Positions 15,367-24,714 of a stretch of DNA of 64,000 bases are shown in pieces. The translations under genes were made by a program, and so were the position numbers. Origin of the DNA: a virus (Duplodnaviria; Heunggongvirae; Uroviricota; Caudoviricetes); the IMG/VR virus record IMGVR_UViG_3300008113_000307, positions 21,919 to 85,918 of that record; one strand, written 5' to 3'. The notes under the pieces were generated by a model, which was given only the letters and a program-made list of their open reading frames with translations, ran no database searches and had not been told where the DNA came from. Within the stretch, counting starts at the first letter, position 1, and the number at the start of each line of letters is the position of its first letter.

Positions 15367-15409
15367 TACCCGATTTGCTATAATAAAGCATAGGTTAACA
15401 AAACAGGAG
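15355..15409 (+). promoter_or_regulatory. Promoter-leader cassette copy 2
   Basis: TTGACC-18-TGCTATAAT then aagcataggttaacaaaacaGGAG, ATG 15416. Confidence 0.6.
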
Positions 15410-15415
15410 CTCAAG

Positions 15416-15685
15416 ATGTCCAAAAGTATCACCCTGCAGATGTTTAGTGACCCCGGCCACGGTTGGGTTCGTTTCCCCAAAGCACGCCTGGCCCGACTGG
15501 GTATTGCTGAAAAGATTTCGGCCTACAGTTATCAGAACGGTGCCATGGCATTCCTGGAAGAAGACTGTGACGTCTCGGTGCTGATCACTGCACTCCGAGC
15601 TCATGGCTATGAGGACATTCGATTCCGTGGCGGTGCCAGCAATCGTCAAAGCAAGATTCGCAATTTTGAATACTACCGTGCCTGA
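15416..15685 (+). CDS. Hypothetical protein (89 aa)
   Basis: Start set at cassette ATG rather than the upstream TTG of the ORF track. Confidence 0.5.
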   Translation: MSKSITLQMFSDPGHGWVRFPKARLARLGIAEKISAYSYQNGAMAFLEEDCDVSVLITALRAHGYEDIRFRGGASNRQSKIRNFEYYRA

Positions 15686-15699
15686 CCCAGGAGCACCAG

Positions 15700-15963
15700 A
15701 TGTATATCGCAATGATGAAACATGCTGAACAAGAGCAGATTGTGAGAGCACTGAAAGGTTGGCAGTTTGATCGCGACACTCATGGTAGCCTCTACGATCG
15801 CGGTGCGTCAGACTCATACTACGGACGCAACCCCAAACCGCACTATGGTGGTGTTGGTGGTGGCTCAGGTCCAACGGTGCCGGTCACCGATGAAGCTAGT
15901 GTTGCTGAATACCTGGCCGGCTACCAAGACAACGAACAGTCAGGTGCCAAAAAAGAATGGTGA
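15700..15963 (+). CDS. Hypothetical Gly-rich protein (87 aa)
   Basis: ORF followed by bidirectional terminator. Confidence 0.45.
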   Translation: MYIAMMKHAEQEQIVRALKGWQFDRDTHGSLYDRGASDSYYGRNPKPHYGGVGGGSGPTVPVTDEASVAEYLAGYQDNEQSGAKKEW

Positions 15964-15980
15964 TTGTTGTTGGTCACGAA

Positions 15981-16006
15981 AAAGCCCCAATGGGGCTTTT
16001 TTCTTT
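15981..16006. terminator. Bidirectional rho-independent terminator
   Basis: aaagcccc-aat-ggggcttt 8-bp stem flanked by A-run and T-run; convergent genes on both sides. Confidence 0.7.
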
Positions 16007-16505
16007 ATCTTGGATAAAGCAAGAAATCTTCTGTTGAACCATCGGCGTCAGTTCTGTTGCCTACGATTGGTGTAGGTCTTCCTTGCACTAGATCAACAAT
16101 CATGCCGTTGTTGGATTTCAGCGACTCTACTGAGTTGTTGCTGTGAGTAATAGCAACATCTGTACTTTTACCAATGGCGTAGACTTGAGTAAGACTGGGT
16201 ACCAATACGCTGGCCCACTTGAGCATGGTGTCGCCGAAGCTGGTTGGTGCGGCAATCTGTTGCGAGCCTTGCGAGCCTTGCGACTGACCTTGTGAGCCAA
16301 ACTGCAGGCTCATGACCGCGGCCACTCTGGCAGCAGTGTCGCCACTGGCAGCAATTTCTTTGAGTGCGTTGGTCCTGGCAATGTCAGCTTCAGATTTGGA
16401 CACTGCAATCTGTTGCTGTGTTTGTGCATACAATGCATAGTTGCTTGTGGCACATCCTGTTAGAAACATTGCGCCCACGGCAATGGCAATTAGGGATTTT
16501 TTCAT
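16005..16505 (-). CDS. Lipoprotein (signal peptide with lipobox LTGC)
   Basis: MKKSLIAIAVGAMFLTGC; RBS aagga upstream on minus strand; only minus-strand gene in this region; SQG repeats. Confidence 0.65.
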   Translation of the reverse strand: MKKSLIAIAVGAMFLTGCATSNYALYAQTQQQIAVSKSEADIARTNALKEIAASGDTAARVAAVMSLQFGSQGQSQGSQGSQQIAAPTSFGDTMLKWASVLVPSLTQVYAIGKSTDVAITHSNNSVESLKSNNGMIVDLVQGRPTPIVGNRTDADGSTEDFLLYPR

Positions 16506-16599
16506 TTGGGATTTTCCTTAGGGTAAGGGCCCTTAAAGAATGTACTAAACCGCTAGGACATTTTCTAAGAAGTCTCTACGGTTATTTATAAATATTTTT

Positions 16600-16896
16600 A
16601 TGACACATCGAAAACACATTGAAGCACTGGTAGAATCTGCCGGCGATTTATGGGCCAAATCGGCCCGTTTTGAGCTGATAGATGTTGATTCTACCAGTTA
16701 TACTTGGCACGTGACCAGTCAAAACACTGTGTACGAAATCTACTACAGTGACAGCGGTGTTATTTCTCTTACGGCACTGCCCTCCAAATGCTGGCCCGGC
16801 AGCAGATCTAGAGAAATCTACAGCGGCAACAATAGTCAATCCAGTTACCAACACATGATTGGACTGCTGGCTGACAATTTGATCGATTTGGTTTGA
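16600..16896 (+). CDS. Hypothetical protein (98 aa)
   Basis: ORF between lipoprotein gene and kinase gene. Confidence 0.4.
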   Translation: MTHRKHIEALVESAGDLWAKSARFELIDVDSTSYTWHVTSQNTVYEIYYSDSGVISLTALPSKCWPGSRSREIYSGNNSQSSYQHMIGLLADNLIDLV

Positions 16897-16921
16897 CAAA
16901 AAACACAAGATAGCATATACT
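16893..16921 (+). promoter_or_regulatory. sigma70-like promoter
   Basis: TTGACA-17-TATACT ending 8 nt before ATG 16929. Confidence 0.5.
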
Positions 16922-16928
16922 GTATGCT

Positions 16929-17402
16929 ATGTCAAATAGTCCTACTGTATATGTGTTGATTGGCTTGCCGGCCGCTGGCAAAAGCACCTGGGTGTCTCAG
17001 CAAGATTGGGCCAGCACTTGTGCCTACATCAGCACCGATCACTATGTGGATCGCTTTGCGGCTCGTATGGGTCAGACTTATAACCAGGTGTTTGAGACTG
17101 TGATGCCCCGGGCCATACGGCTCATGATGCGAGCAGTGCGACGAGCACAGGCTCGGGGTCAAGACATCATCTGGGATCAGACCAACCTGACTCGGGCCAG
17201 TCGTGTCAAAAAGTTTAGAATCCTGCCTGAGTATCGTGCAGTGGCAGTGGTGTTTGCTGCTCCTGAGCCTGAAGAACATGCTCGCAGGCTTGCCAGTCGT
17301 CCGGGCAAGCGGATACCTGACGCAGTGCTGGCCGACATGATTCAGAGTTATGAGCCGCCCGATGAAGGCGAAGGCTTCGAGGAGATTTGGTATGCCCAGT
17401 GA
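16929..17402 (+). CDS. P-loop kinase, polynucleotide kinase (T4 Pnk kinase-domain)-like
   Basis: Walker A GLPAAGKSTW and downstream IWDQTNL / R-rich blocks resemble T4 PNK N-terminal kinase domain; no phosphatase domain. Confidence 0.55.
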   Translation: MSNSPTVYVLIGLPAAGKSTWVSQQDWASTCAYISTDHYVDRFAARMGQTYNQVFETVMPRAIRLMMRAVRRAQARGQDIIWDQTNLTRASRVKKFRILPEYRAVAVVFAAPEPEEHARRLASRPGKRIPDAVLADMIQSYEPPDEGEGFEEIWYAQ

Positions 17403-17604
17403 TGCTGTTGTGTGTCGAGGATGCGGCACTGCAAAAGACTCTGACCGTTGGGGGCAATGGTGGCACCTCAACGGCTACTATGGCTTCCGCGGCAGTTTTT
17501 GTCAAAACTGCTACAGCATGATCTCGCATGATGCCGACGGCAAGCCTTGCAATCCTGGGCAACATCTGTTCATGGTGCTGAAACTACAGAAAGAAAACAC
17601 ATGA
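17392..17604 (+). CDS. Hypothetical Cys-rich small protein
   Basis: CRGCG...CQNC zinc-ribbon-like; overlaps kinase stop. Confidence 0.4.
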   Translation: MPSDAVVCRGCGTAKDSDRWGQWWHLNGYYGFRGSFCQNCYSMISHDADGKPCNPGQHLFMVLKLQKENT

Positions 17605-18116
17605 CTCAAACTGTTCGACGCAAGCCCTTGACCGACAAAGAAGAACGTGTACTGGCCTATGCCCAACTCATGGGTGTGGAGGTGTCCAGCATGAGCCGCA
17701 TTGCCAACCGCATGCGAGCCCAGGCTCTGGAACAAGAAAACGCCCGAACCGTGGCCACGGTGATCAGCGACTATGAGTGGACAGTGGTCAGCAGTGAACA
17801 TCCGCGACAGGTGTATGAGATCTTGAACAAAAGCACAGGTTGGCGTTGGCACTGTCGGTGCACTGGTCGTGGGGCATCATCCTGGCTCAGCGTGGGCTGG
17901 GAGTTTGAAGTAACTTGGACTGCACCCGATGGCACTGCGGGAAAAGAACTGCCCAGCCCCAGTCAACCCCGAGATCTGCAACTGCGATTGTTGCCCGAGC
18001 GTGACCGAGCACTGTATAGCCTGATTCGCTGGATCAGGAACCAGGACTGGGATTATCTTCTCCGTCGGTGTCAAAAACAACAACAGCAAACCAAAAAGAA
18101 AAAGCCTCGACCCTGA
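17601..18116 (+). CDS. Hypothetical protein (171 aa)
   Basis: ATGA overlap; internal Met after purine-rich stretch. Confidence 0.45.
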   Translation: MTQTVRRKPLTDKEERVLAYAQLMGVEVSSMSRIANRMRAQALEQENARTVATVISDYEWTVVSSEHPRQVYEILNKSTGWRWHCRCTGRGASSWLSVGWEFEVTWTAPDGTAGKELPSPSQPRDLQLRLLPERDRALYSLIRWIRNQDWDYLLRRCQKQQQQTKKKKPRP

Positions 18117-18166
18117 TTTGCTCAATATTCCTGTTTGTGCTATAATACATGTATAGCGAAAAGGAG
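18117..18166 (+). promoter_or_regulatory. Promoter-leader cassette variant
   Basis: TTGCTC-18-TGTGCTATAAT then acatgtatagcgaaAAGGAG, ATG 18173. Confidence 0.55.
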
Positions 18167-18172
18167 TTGATT

Positions 18173-18676
18173 ATGGACATGACAGAAAGAGCCCGCGTGT
18201 TTGCCACTGCCGCACATGCCGCTGTGGGTCAACTCCGCAAGTATACGCACGAACCTTACATAGTGCACCCCGCTGAAGTGGTGAGCATTGTGCAAACTGT
18301 GCCGCATACCGAAGCCATGTTGGCCGCGGCCTGGTTGCATGATGTAGTGGAAGACACCGGCGTCACAATAGAAACTGTGCGAGCCGAATTCGGAACAGCG
18401 GTTGCGGACTTGGTGTCATGGTTGACTGATGTGAGTCGTCCCGAACAGGGCAATCGTGCACATCGCAAGGCCTTGGACCGTGCACACACTGCAGCCGCTC
18501 CGGCTGAAGCACAGACTGTGAAGTTGGCTGATTTGATCTCCAACACTCGTAGCATCGTGGCTCACGACGCCAAGTTTGCTGAAACTTACCTCGCAGAAAA
18601 GAGGTTGTTGTTGGAGGTAATGACCCGGGGCGATGCCACGTTGATGGCCATAGCCCGTAGAAATATTGGAGCATGA
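18173..18676 (+). CDS. HD-domain phosphohydrolase, RelA/SpoT-hydrolase-like
   Basis: HEPYIVHPAEV...AAWLHDVVEDT matches the (p)ppGpp hydrolase HD signature. Confidence 0.6.
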   Translation: MDMTERARVFATAAHAAVGQLRKYTHEPYIVHPAEVVSIVQTVPHTEAMLAAAWLHDVVEDTGVTIETVRAEFGTAVADLVSWLTDVSRPEQGNRAHRKALDRAHTAAAPAEAQTVKLADLISNTRSIVAHDAKFAETYLAEKRLLLEVMTRGDATLMAIARRNIGA

Positions 18677-18677
18677 T

Positions 18678-18812
18678 ATGAGCCAGCGTCAATGGACTGT
18701 GAAAATCTGGGACGGGTATTCCAACAGTGAATATCAACGTCAAGGCACGTATCAGCAGGTGGCAAATAGTCTGGCAGGACTGCCACCTGCATATATTTGG
18801 AGCATGATATGA
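18678..18812 (+). CDS. Hypothetical small protein (44 aa)
   Basis: Preceded by ttggagcatgatATG, the same motif that precedes the next gene. Confidence 0.35.
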   Translation: MSQRQWTVKIWDGYSNSEYQRQGTYQQVANSLAGLPPAYIWSMI

Positions 18813-19105
18813 ACCCACGTATTCGAGAACTGATGGTTGAACTCAAAAAGACTGTTTCGACTCATCGTGGTGCTGAAGTGCTAGCTGGCTATGATGAGAT
18901 TGAAAAGTTCGCCGAGTTGATTGTGCGGGAATGTATGACAGTAACTAAAGATTACACCTGTAATCAAGGTTGGGATTATTCTGCACCTGTTGCATTAGCA
19001 AGGCATTTTGGATTTGGAGTTGAAGAATGGAACAACTATTTGACAAATTGCTCAACCAAGCCATCGACGGCGGTGATGAAACATCGTTTCGGAGTTGAAC
19101 AATGA
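18809..19105 (+). CDS. Small-protein paralog family member 1 (MNxRIxEL...KFAELIVREC...HFGVE)
   Basis: Conserved N-terminus MNPRIREL, central KFAELIVRECM and C-terminal HFGFGVEEW. Confidence 0.55.
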   Translation: MNPRIRELMVELKKTVSTHRGAEVLAGYDEIEKFAELIVRECMTVTKDYTCNQGWDYSAPVALARHFGFGVEEWNNYLTNCSTKPSTAVMKHRFGVEQ

Positions 19106-19305
19106 ACGAACGAATTCGAGAACTTAGAGAACAGGCTTGGGCACTGGTATCTGATGAAGAACGAGATTGTGGCGAATTGTATGAGACACGGTGGGAACGA
19201 TGTGATCAAAAGTTCGCCGAGTTGATTGTGAGAGAATGTGCCTTACAGTGCGTTCATAATGAAGATATGGACCTGATTGAAAAACATTTCGGAGTTGAAG
19301 AATGA
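19102..19305 (+). CDS. Paralog family member 2
   Basis: MNERIRELREQ...KFAELIVRECA...KHFGVEE. Confidence 0.55.
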   Translation: MNERIRELREQAWALVSDEERDCGELYETRWERCDQKFAELIVRECALQCVHNEDMDLIEKHFGVEE

Positions 19306-19461
19306 AACTACATTTATATTATGTTGTTCAAGGCAGTGAAGCCGCAGGTTACACACTAGTCAACGGTCCATTCTCCTCATTGGATCGGGCGCTTGACGCT
19401 AAATCTGGTCAGCTGTTCAGCGAAGGTATGACTGTTGTTAAACACACAATCGAGGTTACGA

Positions 19462-19722
19462 ATGAACGAACGAATCAATAAACTTGCTCTACAGGCTGAA
19501 CAATATGCCCGGGATGACTTAATTGAACGCCGTGCAGTGGGTGCTCCGCTCTATACTGAGGGTGAATATGAGAACAAGATCAAGCAAAAGTTTGCTGAGT
19601 TGATTGTGCTGGAATGTGCTGGATTATTTCCAAATGTGTATGTAGAAATTGAAAACGAATACGGGCACACTCCTGTTATTGCGGCGGACTATATAAAAGA
19701 ACATTTCGGAGTTGAATCATGA
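19462..19722 (+). CDS. Paralog family member 3
   Basis: MNERINKLALQAEQ...KFAELIVLECAG...KEHFGVES. Confidence 0.55.
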   Translation: MNERINKLALQAEQYARDDLIERRAVGAPLYTEGEYENKIKQKFAELIVLECAGLFPNVYVEIENEYGHTPVIAADYIKEHFGVES

Positions 19723-19946
19723 TTGAGCCAATCGTGCCTGTCACACTGTATAAAACAACCTTCACTGGTGTGTTGGCCTCGGCGGCTGTGGGCAAGGGTC
19801 GAGTAGAGAGCGAAATGTGGAGTCAGACTCTGTATCCCAACGGCAGTGCAGTGACTCGAATATATCATCAATCGATTGAAGTGTATGACCACAGAGCAGT
19901 GGTCACTCAGCACAATGTTCGACCCAATCTGGATGTAATGGCATGA
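19719..19946 (+). CDS. Hypothetical protein (75 aa)
   Basis: ATGA overlap with preceding paralog. Confidence 0.4.
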   Translation: MIEPIVPVTLYKTTFTGVLASAAVGKGRVESEMWSQTLYPNGSAVTRIYHQSIEVYDHRAVVTQHNVRPNLDVMA

Positions 19947-19976
19947 GCCCTGTAGAACTTTTTTTTGGAGTATAAC

Positions 19977-20195
19977 ATGAACAAACGAATTCAAGCTCTT
20001 GCTGAACAGGCTGGATACACAAAAGATATGTTTGGTGTAGGACACTGGGATATGCCAGAGTGTAAAAAGTTCGCTGAGTTGATTGTGCGGGAATGTGCTG
20101 GTATTGCCAATAAACAATTTAGTGCGGCGTCTGGGTTGGATGATCGAGATTGTTGGACTGCGGCTGAGATGAAGAAACATTTCGGAGTTGAATAA
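19977..20195 (+). CDS. Paralog family member 4
   Basis: MNKRIQALAEQAG...KFAELIVRECAG...KKHFGVE. Confidence 0.55.
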   Translation: MNKRIQALAEQAGYTKDMFGVGHWDMPECKKFAELIVRECAGIANKQFSAASGLDDRDCWTAAEMKKHFGVE

Positions 20196-20372
20196 TGGAA
20201 ACGTTTAGTTTTATCATTATGATAATCGCCGTTGCAGTGCTGCTGTGGGTGGTAGCCTTGGTGTTTGGTCTTGTGTTCATGTATGCTGTAATGAATTGGA
20301 TAGAAAAATGATTGAAATAATTGCGTTGATCTGCGTTGTTGGACCTGTTATAATTGTTCACTACCTGGGCAA

Positions 20373-20588
20373 ATGAAAGAACATATGAACGAACTTGAAA
20401 CTGCACTGAAGTCGCATGACTGGACACATCTGGGCTGTTTTGCCCGACCTGCCCTGGATCAACTCATGCGCACACACCCGGATGCGGCCGCGGCCAAGGC
20501 ACTGTGGGAACAGTATTGCCCCTGGAGTTCAGCCAACGGTGGTTATATTGCCTGGGCCAAAACACCCGCCAACTGGACCAGAACATGA
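20373..20588 (+). CDS. Hypothetical protein (71 aa)
   Basis: ORF preceding paralog 5. Confidence 0.4.
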   Translation: MKEHMNELETALKSHDWTHLGCFARPALDQLMRTHPDAAAAKALWEQYCPWSSANGGYIAWAKTPANWTRT

Positions 20589-20815
20589 ACAAACGAATTC
20601 GAGAACTGGCTCTACAGGCTGGCATACAGATGTTCGAAGACAAATCGTTTAGCTGGAGCGTGATCGCCGGCACTGACCACAACCTACAACGGTTTGCTGA
20701 GTCAATTGTGACAGAATGTGTGCGTGTTTGTGTGGCTGATCTAGCTGATCCTAGAGATTCAGTTGAACTCCAGTGTGCAAAAAAGATTCAGAAACATTTT
20801 GAGGTTGAATCGTGA
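20585..20815 (+). CDS. Paralog family member 5
   Basis: MNKRIRELALQAG...RFAESIVTECV...QKHFEVES. Confidence 0.55.
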   Translation: MNKRIRELALQAGIQMFEDKSFSWSVIAGTDHNLQRFAESIVTECVRVCVADLADPRDSVELQCAKKIQKHFEVES

Positions 20816-21096
20816 AGGACGAAAGCATGTTGCCAGTGAGTGAACAAAGCCTGGTGTTCCGACTACGAAAGCGAGCAGAAATTCGCCGGTCGATCAAGGA
20901 CCGCAAAAGTGTGCAACAAGGTGCTGCTGACCGTATTGCTGATCTACTGGAAGAGGCTGCGGCAGAAATTGAGGCACTGCAGGCCCTGAGACACGAACTG
21001 CAGGGTGTGCTGGTGGATTCGGAACAGGACGAGTTTGATGCAGTGTGTCGAGAGACTGTGCAGTATGTGATTGACCGCATGGCAGGCGTCAAATGA
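20812..21096 (+). CDS. Hypothetical coiled-coil protein (94 aa)
   Basis: Overlaps previous stop. Confidence 0.4.
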   Translation: MKDESMLPVSEQSLVFRLRKRAEIRRSIKDRKSVQQGAADRIADLLEEAAAEIEALQALRHELQGVLVDSEQDEFDAVCRETVQYVIDRMAGVK

Positions 21097-21131
21097 TCCC
21101 GGGCCAATAAATACATTTTTAAGGAGCCGTT

Positions 21132-21425
21132 ATGAAATACTCAAGTCTAGCGGCGTTCCTATTCTGCCTAGCCCACAGCGTAGCCAACGCCCAACCAGTG
21201 AAAATTGACAAACCAGTGGTGTGCGACAAAACCGCCACAGTGTTTGCGGCATTGGAAGAAAAATTCCAGGAAATGCCGGTCTGGGGAGGCAACAACTCTC
21301 GAAGCAACGCAAACTATGCGCTGATGTTGAACCCCGAAACCAAAACCTGGACACTGGTGCAGTTCAACACTGAGACTGCCTGTATCTTGGGCATAGGCAA
21401 CAACTATGTGACACAAAAACTGTGA
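21132..21425 (+). CDS. Secreted hypothetical protein (signal peptide)
   Basis: RBS aaggag; MKYSSLAAFLFCLAHSVANA cleavable signal. Confidence 0.55.
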   Translation: MKYSSLAAFLFCLAHSVANAQPVKIDKPVVCDKTATVFAALEEKFQEMPVWGGNNSRSNANYALMLNPETKTWTLVQFNTETACILGIGNNYVTQKL

Positions 21426-21515
21426 TTGACAGGTTGTGATATTTTCAGTACAATATCAATTGTCACCCTAAACTTATTGGTATTAAAATAAATCTATTCT
21501 GAAGAGAATCACCGT

Positions 21516-21740
21516 ATGAAAGCAACCTCAGCCACTGGAGTCACTGGATTCGTCCTGCACACTATTGACGGGTACGTGTTCCGGGTGTATGAAAAAGACA
21601 CCGAAGCCTTCCGGGACTATGACTTGCACCACTGGGATCTGGAAGTCAGAATCGTGGACGAGGACGCTGTGTTCTACGAACTGGACAACGGTAAGAAACT
21701 GTTGGACTACAGCCCTGCAACCCTGGGAATTGACCAATAA
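21516..21740 (+). CDS. Hypothetical protein (74 aa)
   Basis: ORF ending just before cassette copy 3. Confidence 0.45.
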   Translation: MKATSATGVTGFVLHTIDGYVFRVYEKDTEAFRDYDLHHWDLEVRIVDEDAVFYELDNGKKLLDYSPATLGIDQ

Positions 21741-21783
21741 TCCCCGTTGTGCTATAATACAGCATAGGTTAACAAAACAGGAG
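21730..21783 (+). promoter_or_regulatory. Promoter-leader cassette copy 3
   Basis: TTGACC-17-TGTGCTATAAT then cagcataggttaacaaaacaGGAG, ATG 21790. Confidence 0.65.
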
Positions 21784-21789
21784 TTCAAC

Positions 21790-22062
21790 ATGAACGTGCA
21801 AGAAATCAACCGTGCTATCGTCTCCGGCCATCTTACCAATGCTGATCTCAACAGTGTGATTGACGCTGTGAAGTTTGCTCGTGCTCGGCTTACACGACAA
21901 AACAAGGCCAGTCTCATGCTGGGCGATACGGTGCAGTTTACCAGCACACGAACTGGCCGAACCATGCAGGGCACAGTTCGAAAGATTGCCATCAAGTTTG
22001 TCACAGTCAACACCCCCACAGGCCTGTGGAAAGTTCCAGCCAGCATGCTGACTGCAGTTTAA
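21790..22062 (+). CDS. Hypothetical protein (90 aa)
   Basis: Start at cassette ATG. Confidence 0.5.
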   Translation: MNVQEINRAIVSGHLTNADLNSVIDAVKFARARLTRQNKASLMLGDTVQFTSTRTGRTMQGTVRKIAIKFVTVNTPTGLWKVPASMLTAV

Positions 22063-22088
22063 TTTCAACAATCACCAGGGAGATTTCT

Positions 22089-22259
22089 ATGAGCCGCACC
22101 AAAGATTATTTTACCATGTACGAAGATCCCACCTATGATGATGACGGCACCTGCCAGGATCTGGAGCCTGCAGAGACGGCCAGTACAGACACAGGCAGTG
22201 TGGCATTTGCTCAAATGATTGAGCAGTTGACTAGAAAACCTGAGCTAGAATTTGACTGA
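22089..22259 (+). CDS. Hypothetical acidic small protein (56 aa)
   Basis: RBS agggag 7 nt upstream. Confidence 0.4.
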   Translation: MSRTKDYFTMYEDPTYDDDGTCQDLEPAETASTDTGSVAFAQMIEQLTRKPELEFD

Positions 22260-22403
22260 GATAAATAATCTTGCAACGCCAAATTCATCGACGTCGGAAA
22301 TAAATTGACGCCTGGAGTGTATCTCCTTTACTAGATATCAAATATCTACAACGCCAACCGTAAGCACTTGACGGTGCCAGCACTATTAATATAAAATGTT
22401 AAT

Positions 22404-23453
22404 ATGGCATCAATTTATTTTCGTGATCAAAACAACAACATCTATCTCACACGATATCAAGCTGAATCTTCTGCCGCAGGCAATTTAGAGTTTGTGTGTG
22501 GTCATTATAATTTTGCAGCTCATCGCGATGCATCAATTGAAACTGCAGTTGATTACCGAACAAAAGAAATTGCAGACACCTATCAATACACCCAGTTATT
22601 CTACAGTGGCGGCAGCGATTCGCACACCATATTAAAATCCTTTGTAAAAAATAATATACCGTTGTCTGAAATAGTGCTCAGCAGATGGAGTACCGACAAC
22701 AATTTTTTGCAAGAACAAAACAAAGAAATAAATCAAATTGCTGTTCCGCTACTGAACAGATATCAAGATTATCTTGACCGATTTCAGGTCAAAATTACGT
22801 TTTGTGATTTTGGGCTAGACCAAATTGCCAAGGTCTATCATCCTGATCAACTGGCAATACTGCACGGCAATGGAATTTACAATCCTTGCACGTTCAACGT
22901 GATAAATTTTGCGTATCCTCAATTGAGGGATCATCACAACATGTGTCAAATTGTTGGCTGGGAAAAACCATTGATGCAATACAAAAACAAGAAGTTTTAT
23001 ACTTTTATGTTTGACAAAGCCTTGCCGTTTCTAACAGAAAATCCTGAAGTTTTTGCCAGGCAAGAAAATTTCTACTTTGGTGGTGATGGATTTCTAACAG
23101 TAAATCAATTTAGACGAGCAACTGAGCTAATAGACACCAGGCAGTGTACACAAAATCAGCTGTTTACCAACTCCGATAAAGATTTTTTCAACAGTGTGAT
23201 TTCCAACCTTAGGGACGCAGATGAGTGTGGCCTAAGCAATACTGAACACATAGGAAAATCTTTTACTGTTGATGTCCCTGAAAAAGAAAAAATATTTTTT
23301 TCCAATCTAAAAAAGCATCCGGGTGTGTGGAATTCAATTACTACCTATTGCCAATCTGAAAAATTTTCTGACATTACTAATCGGTGTTCTTATCTTTCCA
23401 ACAACAAGCTGACCATTGATACGCTGGTGGCAACTCAGCAGGAGATCACATGA
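22404..23453 (+). CDS. PP-loop superfamily ATP pyrophosphatase (SGGxDS motif), AT-rich
   Basis: QLFYSGGSDSHTIL; 349 aa; low GC; promoter-like TTGACG/TATAAA upstream. Confidence 0.45.
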   Translation: MASIYFRDQNNNIYLTRYQAESSAAGNLEFVCGHYNFAAHRDASIETAVDYRTKEIADTYQYTQLFYSGGSDSHTILKSFVKNNIPLSEIVLSRWSTDNNFLQEQNKEINQIAVPLLNRYQDYLDRFQVKITFCDFGLDQIAKVYHPDQLAILHGNGIYNPCTFNVINFAYPQLRDHHNMCQIVGWEKPLMQYKNKKFYTFMFDKALPFLTENPEVFARQENFYFGGDGFLTVNQFRRATELIDTRQCTQNQLFTNSDKDFFNSVISNLRDADECGLSNTEHIGKSFTVDVPEKEKIFFSNLKKHPGVWNSITTYCQSEKFSDITNRCSYLSNNKLTIDTLVATQQEIT

Positions 23454-24703
23454 TTGAAGCCACTGTGATGGGAATATTTGCTGGCTTGATCAGCGGTCTA
23501 GTTCCAGCAGCCGGACTATTGACTGCCTTGATCATGATGTTGCCACTGTTGACATACCTGTCGGCCAGCGAGCTGTTGTTGTTTTATATGGTGCTAGGCA
23601 CGGTCACACAGTATATCACAGCCATTCCTTCGATACTGATCTCTATTCCTGGGCATCCTTCTAGCATGCACACTGTGATAGAATCCAGCAAACTACTGCC
23701 TGAGCAAAAAAAACAAGTGCTTGGCACTGCATCTCTCCACAGTTTTTTTGCAGTTATGGGTACGTTTTTGATTTTGGTGCTGGCGTCAAGTGCAATTGAT
23801 CAACACATTTCTGTGCTGTTTAGATCCGAAATAATTTTTTTGTTGTTGTTGTTGACGCTGGCGCTGACCACTGCATTTAGCAAAAACAACATGATTGTTT
23901 CTACAGTGCTACTGGGCGTGGGAATCGCACTGTCGTTTGTTGGATACAATTTCTTTTTTGATACCGATTTCACATTTGGGCTAACTTTTATTGCGGCCGG
24001 ACTTGATCCAGTGATTGTTGTGCTGTTGTTTTTGTGTTTTCCTGAATTGTTTAAAAAATTTCATCCACCCAGTCTCGATCAAGCCCGACCTGTGCCAACA
24101 AGATCCAACTCGAATGACCTAGCAAATTCGTCAACTGCAGCCAGTGTGGGATTCTTGGGAGGCCTGGTACCTGGGCTGACCACCATTGCCAGTTCATCAT
24201 TTTACTACTACCTGGGCCGACTGTTTAAACTGCAGCCTCGGCAGCTAGTGGTAGGAACAGAAACTGCAAATGCAGTGGGTTCCATAAGTCAGGTTCTGCC
24301 AGTGTTGTATTTTGGAATCCCAATTCTGGCCAGCGAAGCATTGTTGCTGGCGTTGATGCAGAGTCGAGGATTTTCAATCTCTTTGTTCGATCTTTCGGCA
24401 TTCTTTAGTTCGAGCGTTGGTTATTTTATTCTGGCCAACTTGGTTGCCCTGGCAGTGTGTCTGTTTGCTGCCAAAACTAAGTTTGTTCTGAATTTGTCAC
24501 TACTCAACAAGATTGCCACAGTCTTGCTGATAGTGTCACTGGTCTTCTATGTACTGTTTAACGGTAATGTTGATATCAAACTTATGCAATTACTAATGTT
24601 GTTGCCGTTTGCATTACTGTTCGGCAAACTAGATACTACCCCAGTTGTTGTGGGGTTTTTGATTTCGCCGATGTTTTTTGAATCGGCGTCTAGAATTTTT
24701 TAA
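23450..24703 (+). CDS. Polytopic membrane protein, TctA-like (tripartite tricarboxylate transporter permease family)
   Basis: More than 10 hydrophobic helices; N-terminal GLISGLVPAAGLLTALIMMLPL...VLGTVTQYITAIPSILISIPGHPSS resembles the TctA/DUF112 signature. Confidence 0.45.
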   Translation: MIEATVMGIFAGLISGLVPAAGLLTALIMMLPLLTYLSASELLLFYMVLGTVTQYITAIPSILISIPGHPSSMHTVIESSKLLPEQKKQVLGTASLHSFFAVMGTFLILVLASSAIDQHISVLFRSEIIFLLLLLTLALTTAFSKNNMIVSTVLLGVGIALSFVGYNFFFDTDFTFGLTFIAAGLDPVIVVLLFLCFPELFKKFHPPSLDQARPVPTRSNSNDLANSSTAASVGFLGGLVPGLTTIASSSFYYYLGRLFKLQPRQLVVGTETANAVGSISQVLPVLYFGIPILASEALLLALMQSRGFSISLFDLSAFFSSSVGYFILANLVALAVCLFAAKTKFVLNLSLLNKIATVLLIVSLVFYVLFNGNVDIKLMQLLMLLPFALLFGKLDTTPVVVGFLISPMFFESASRIF

Positions 24704-24714
24704 AAGGAAAAAGT

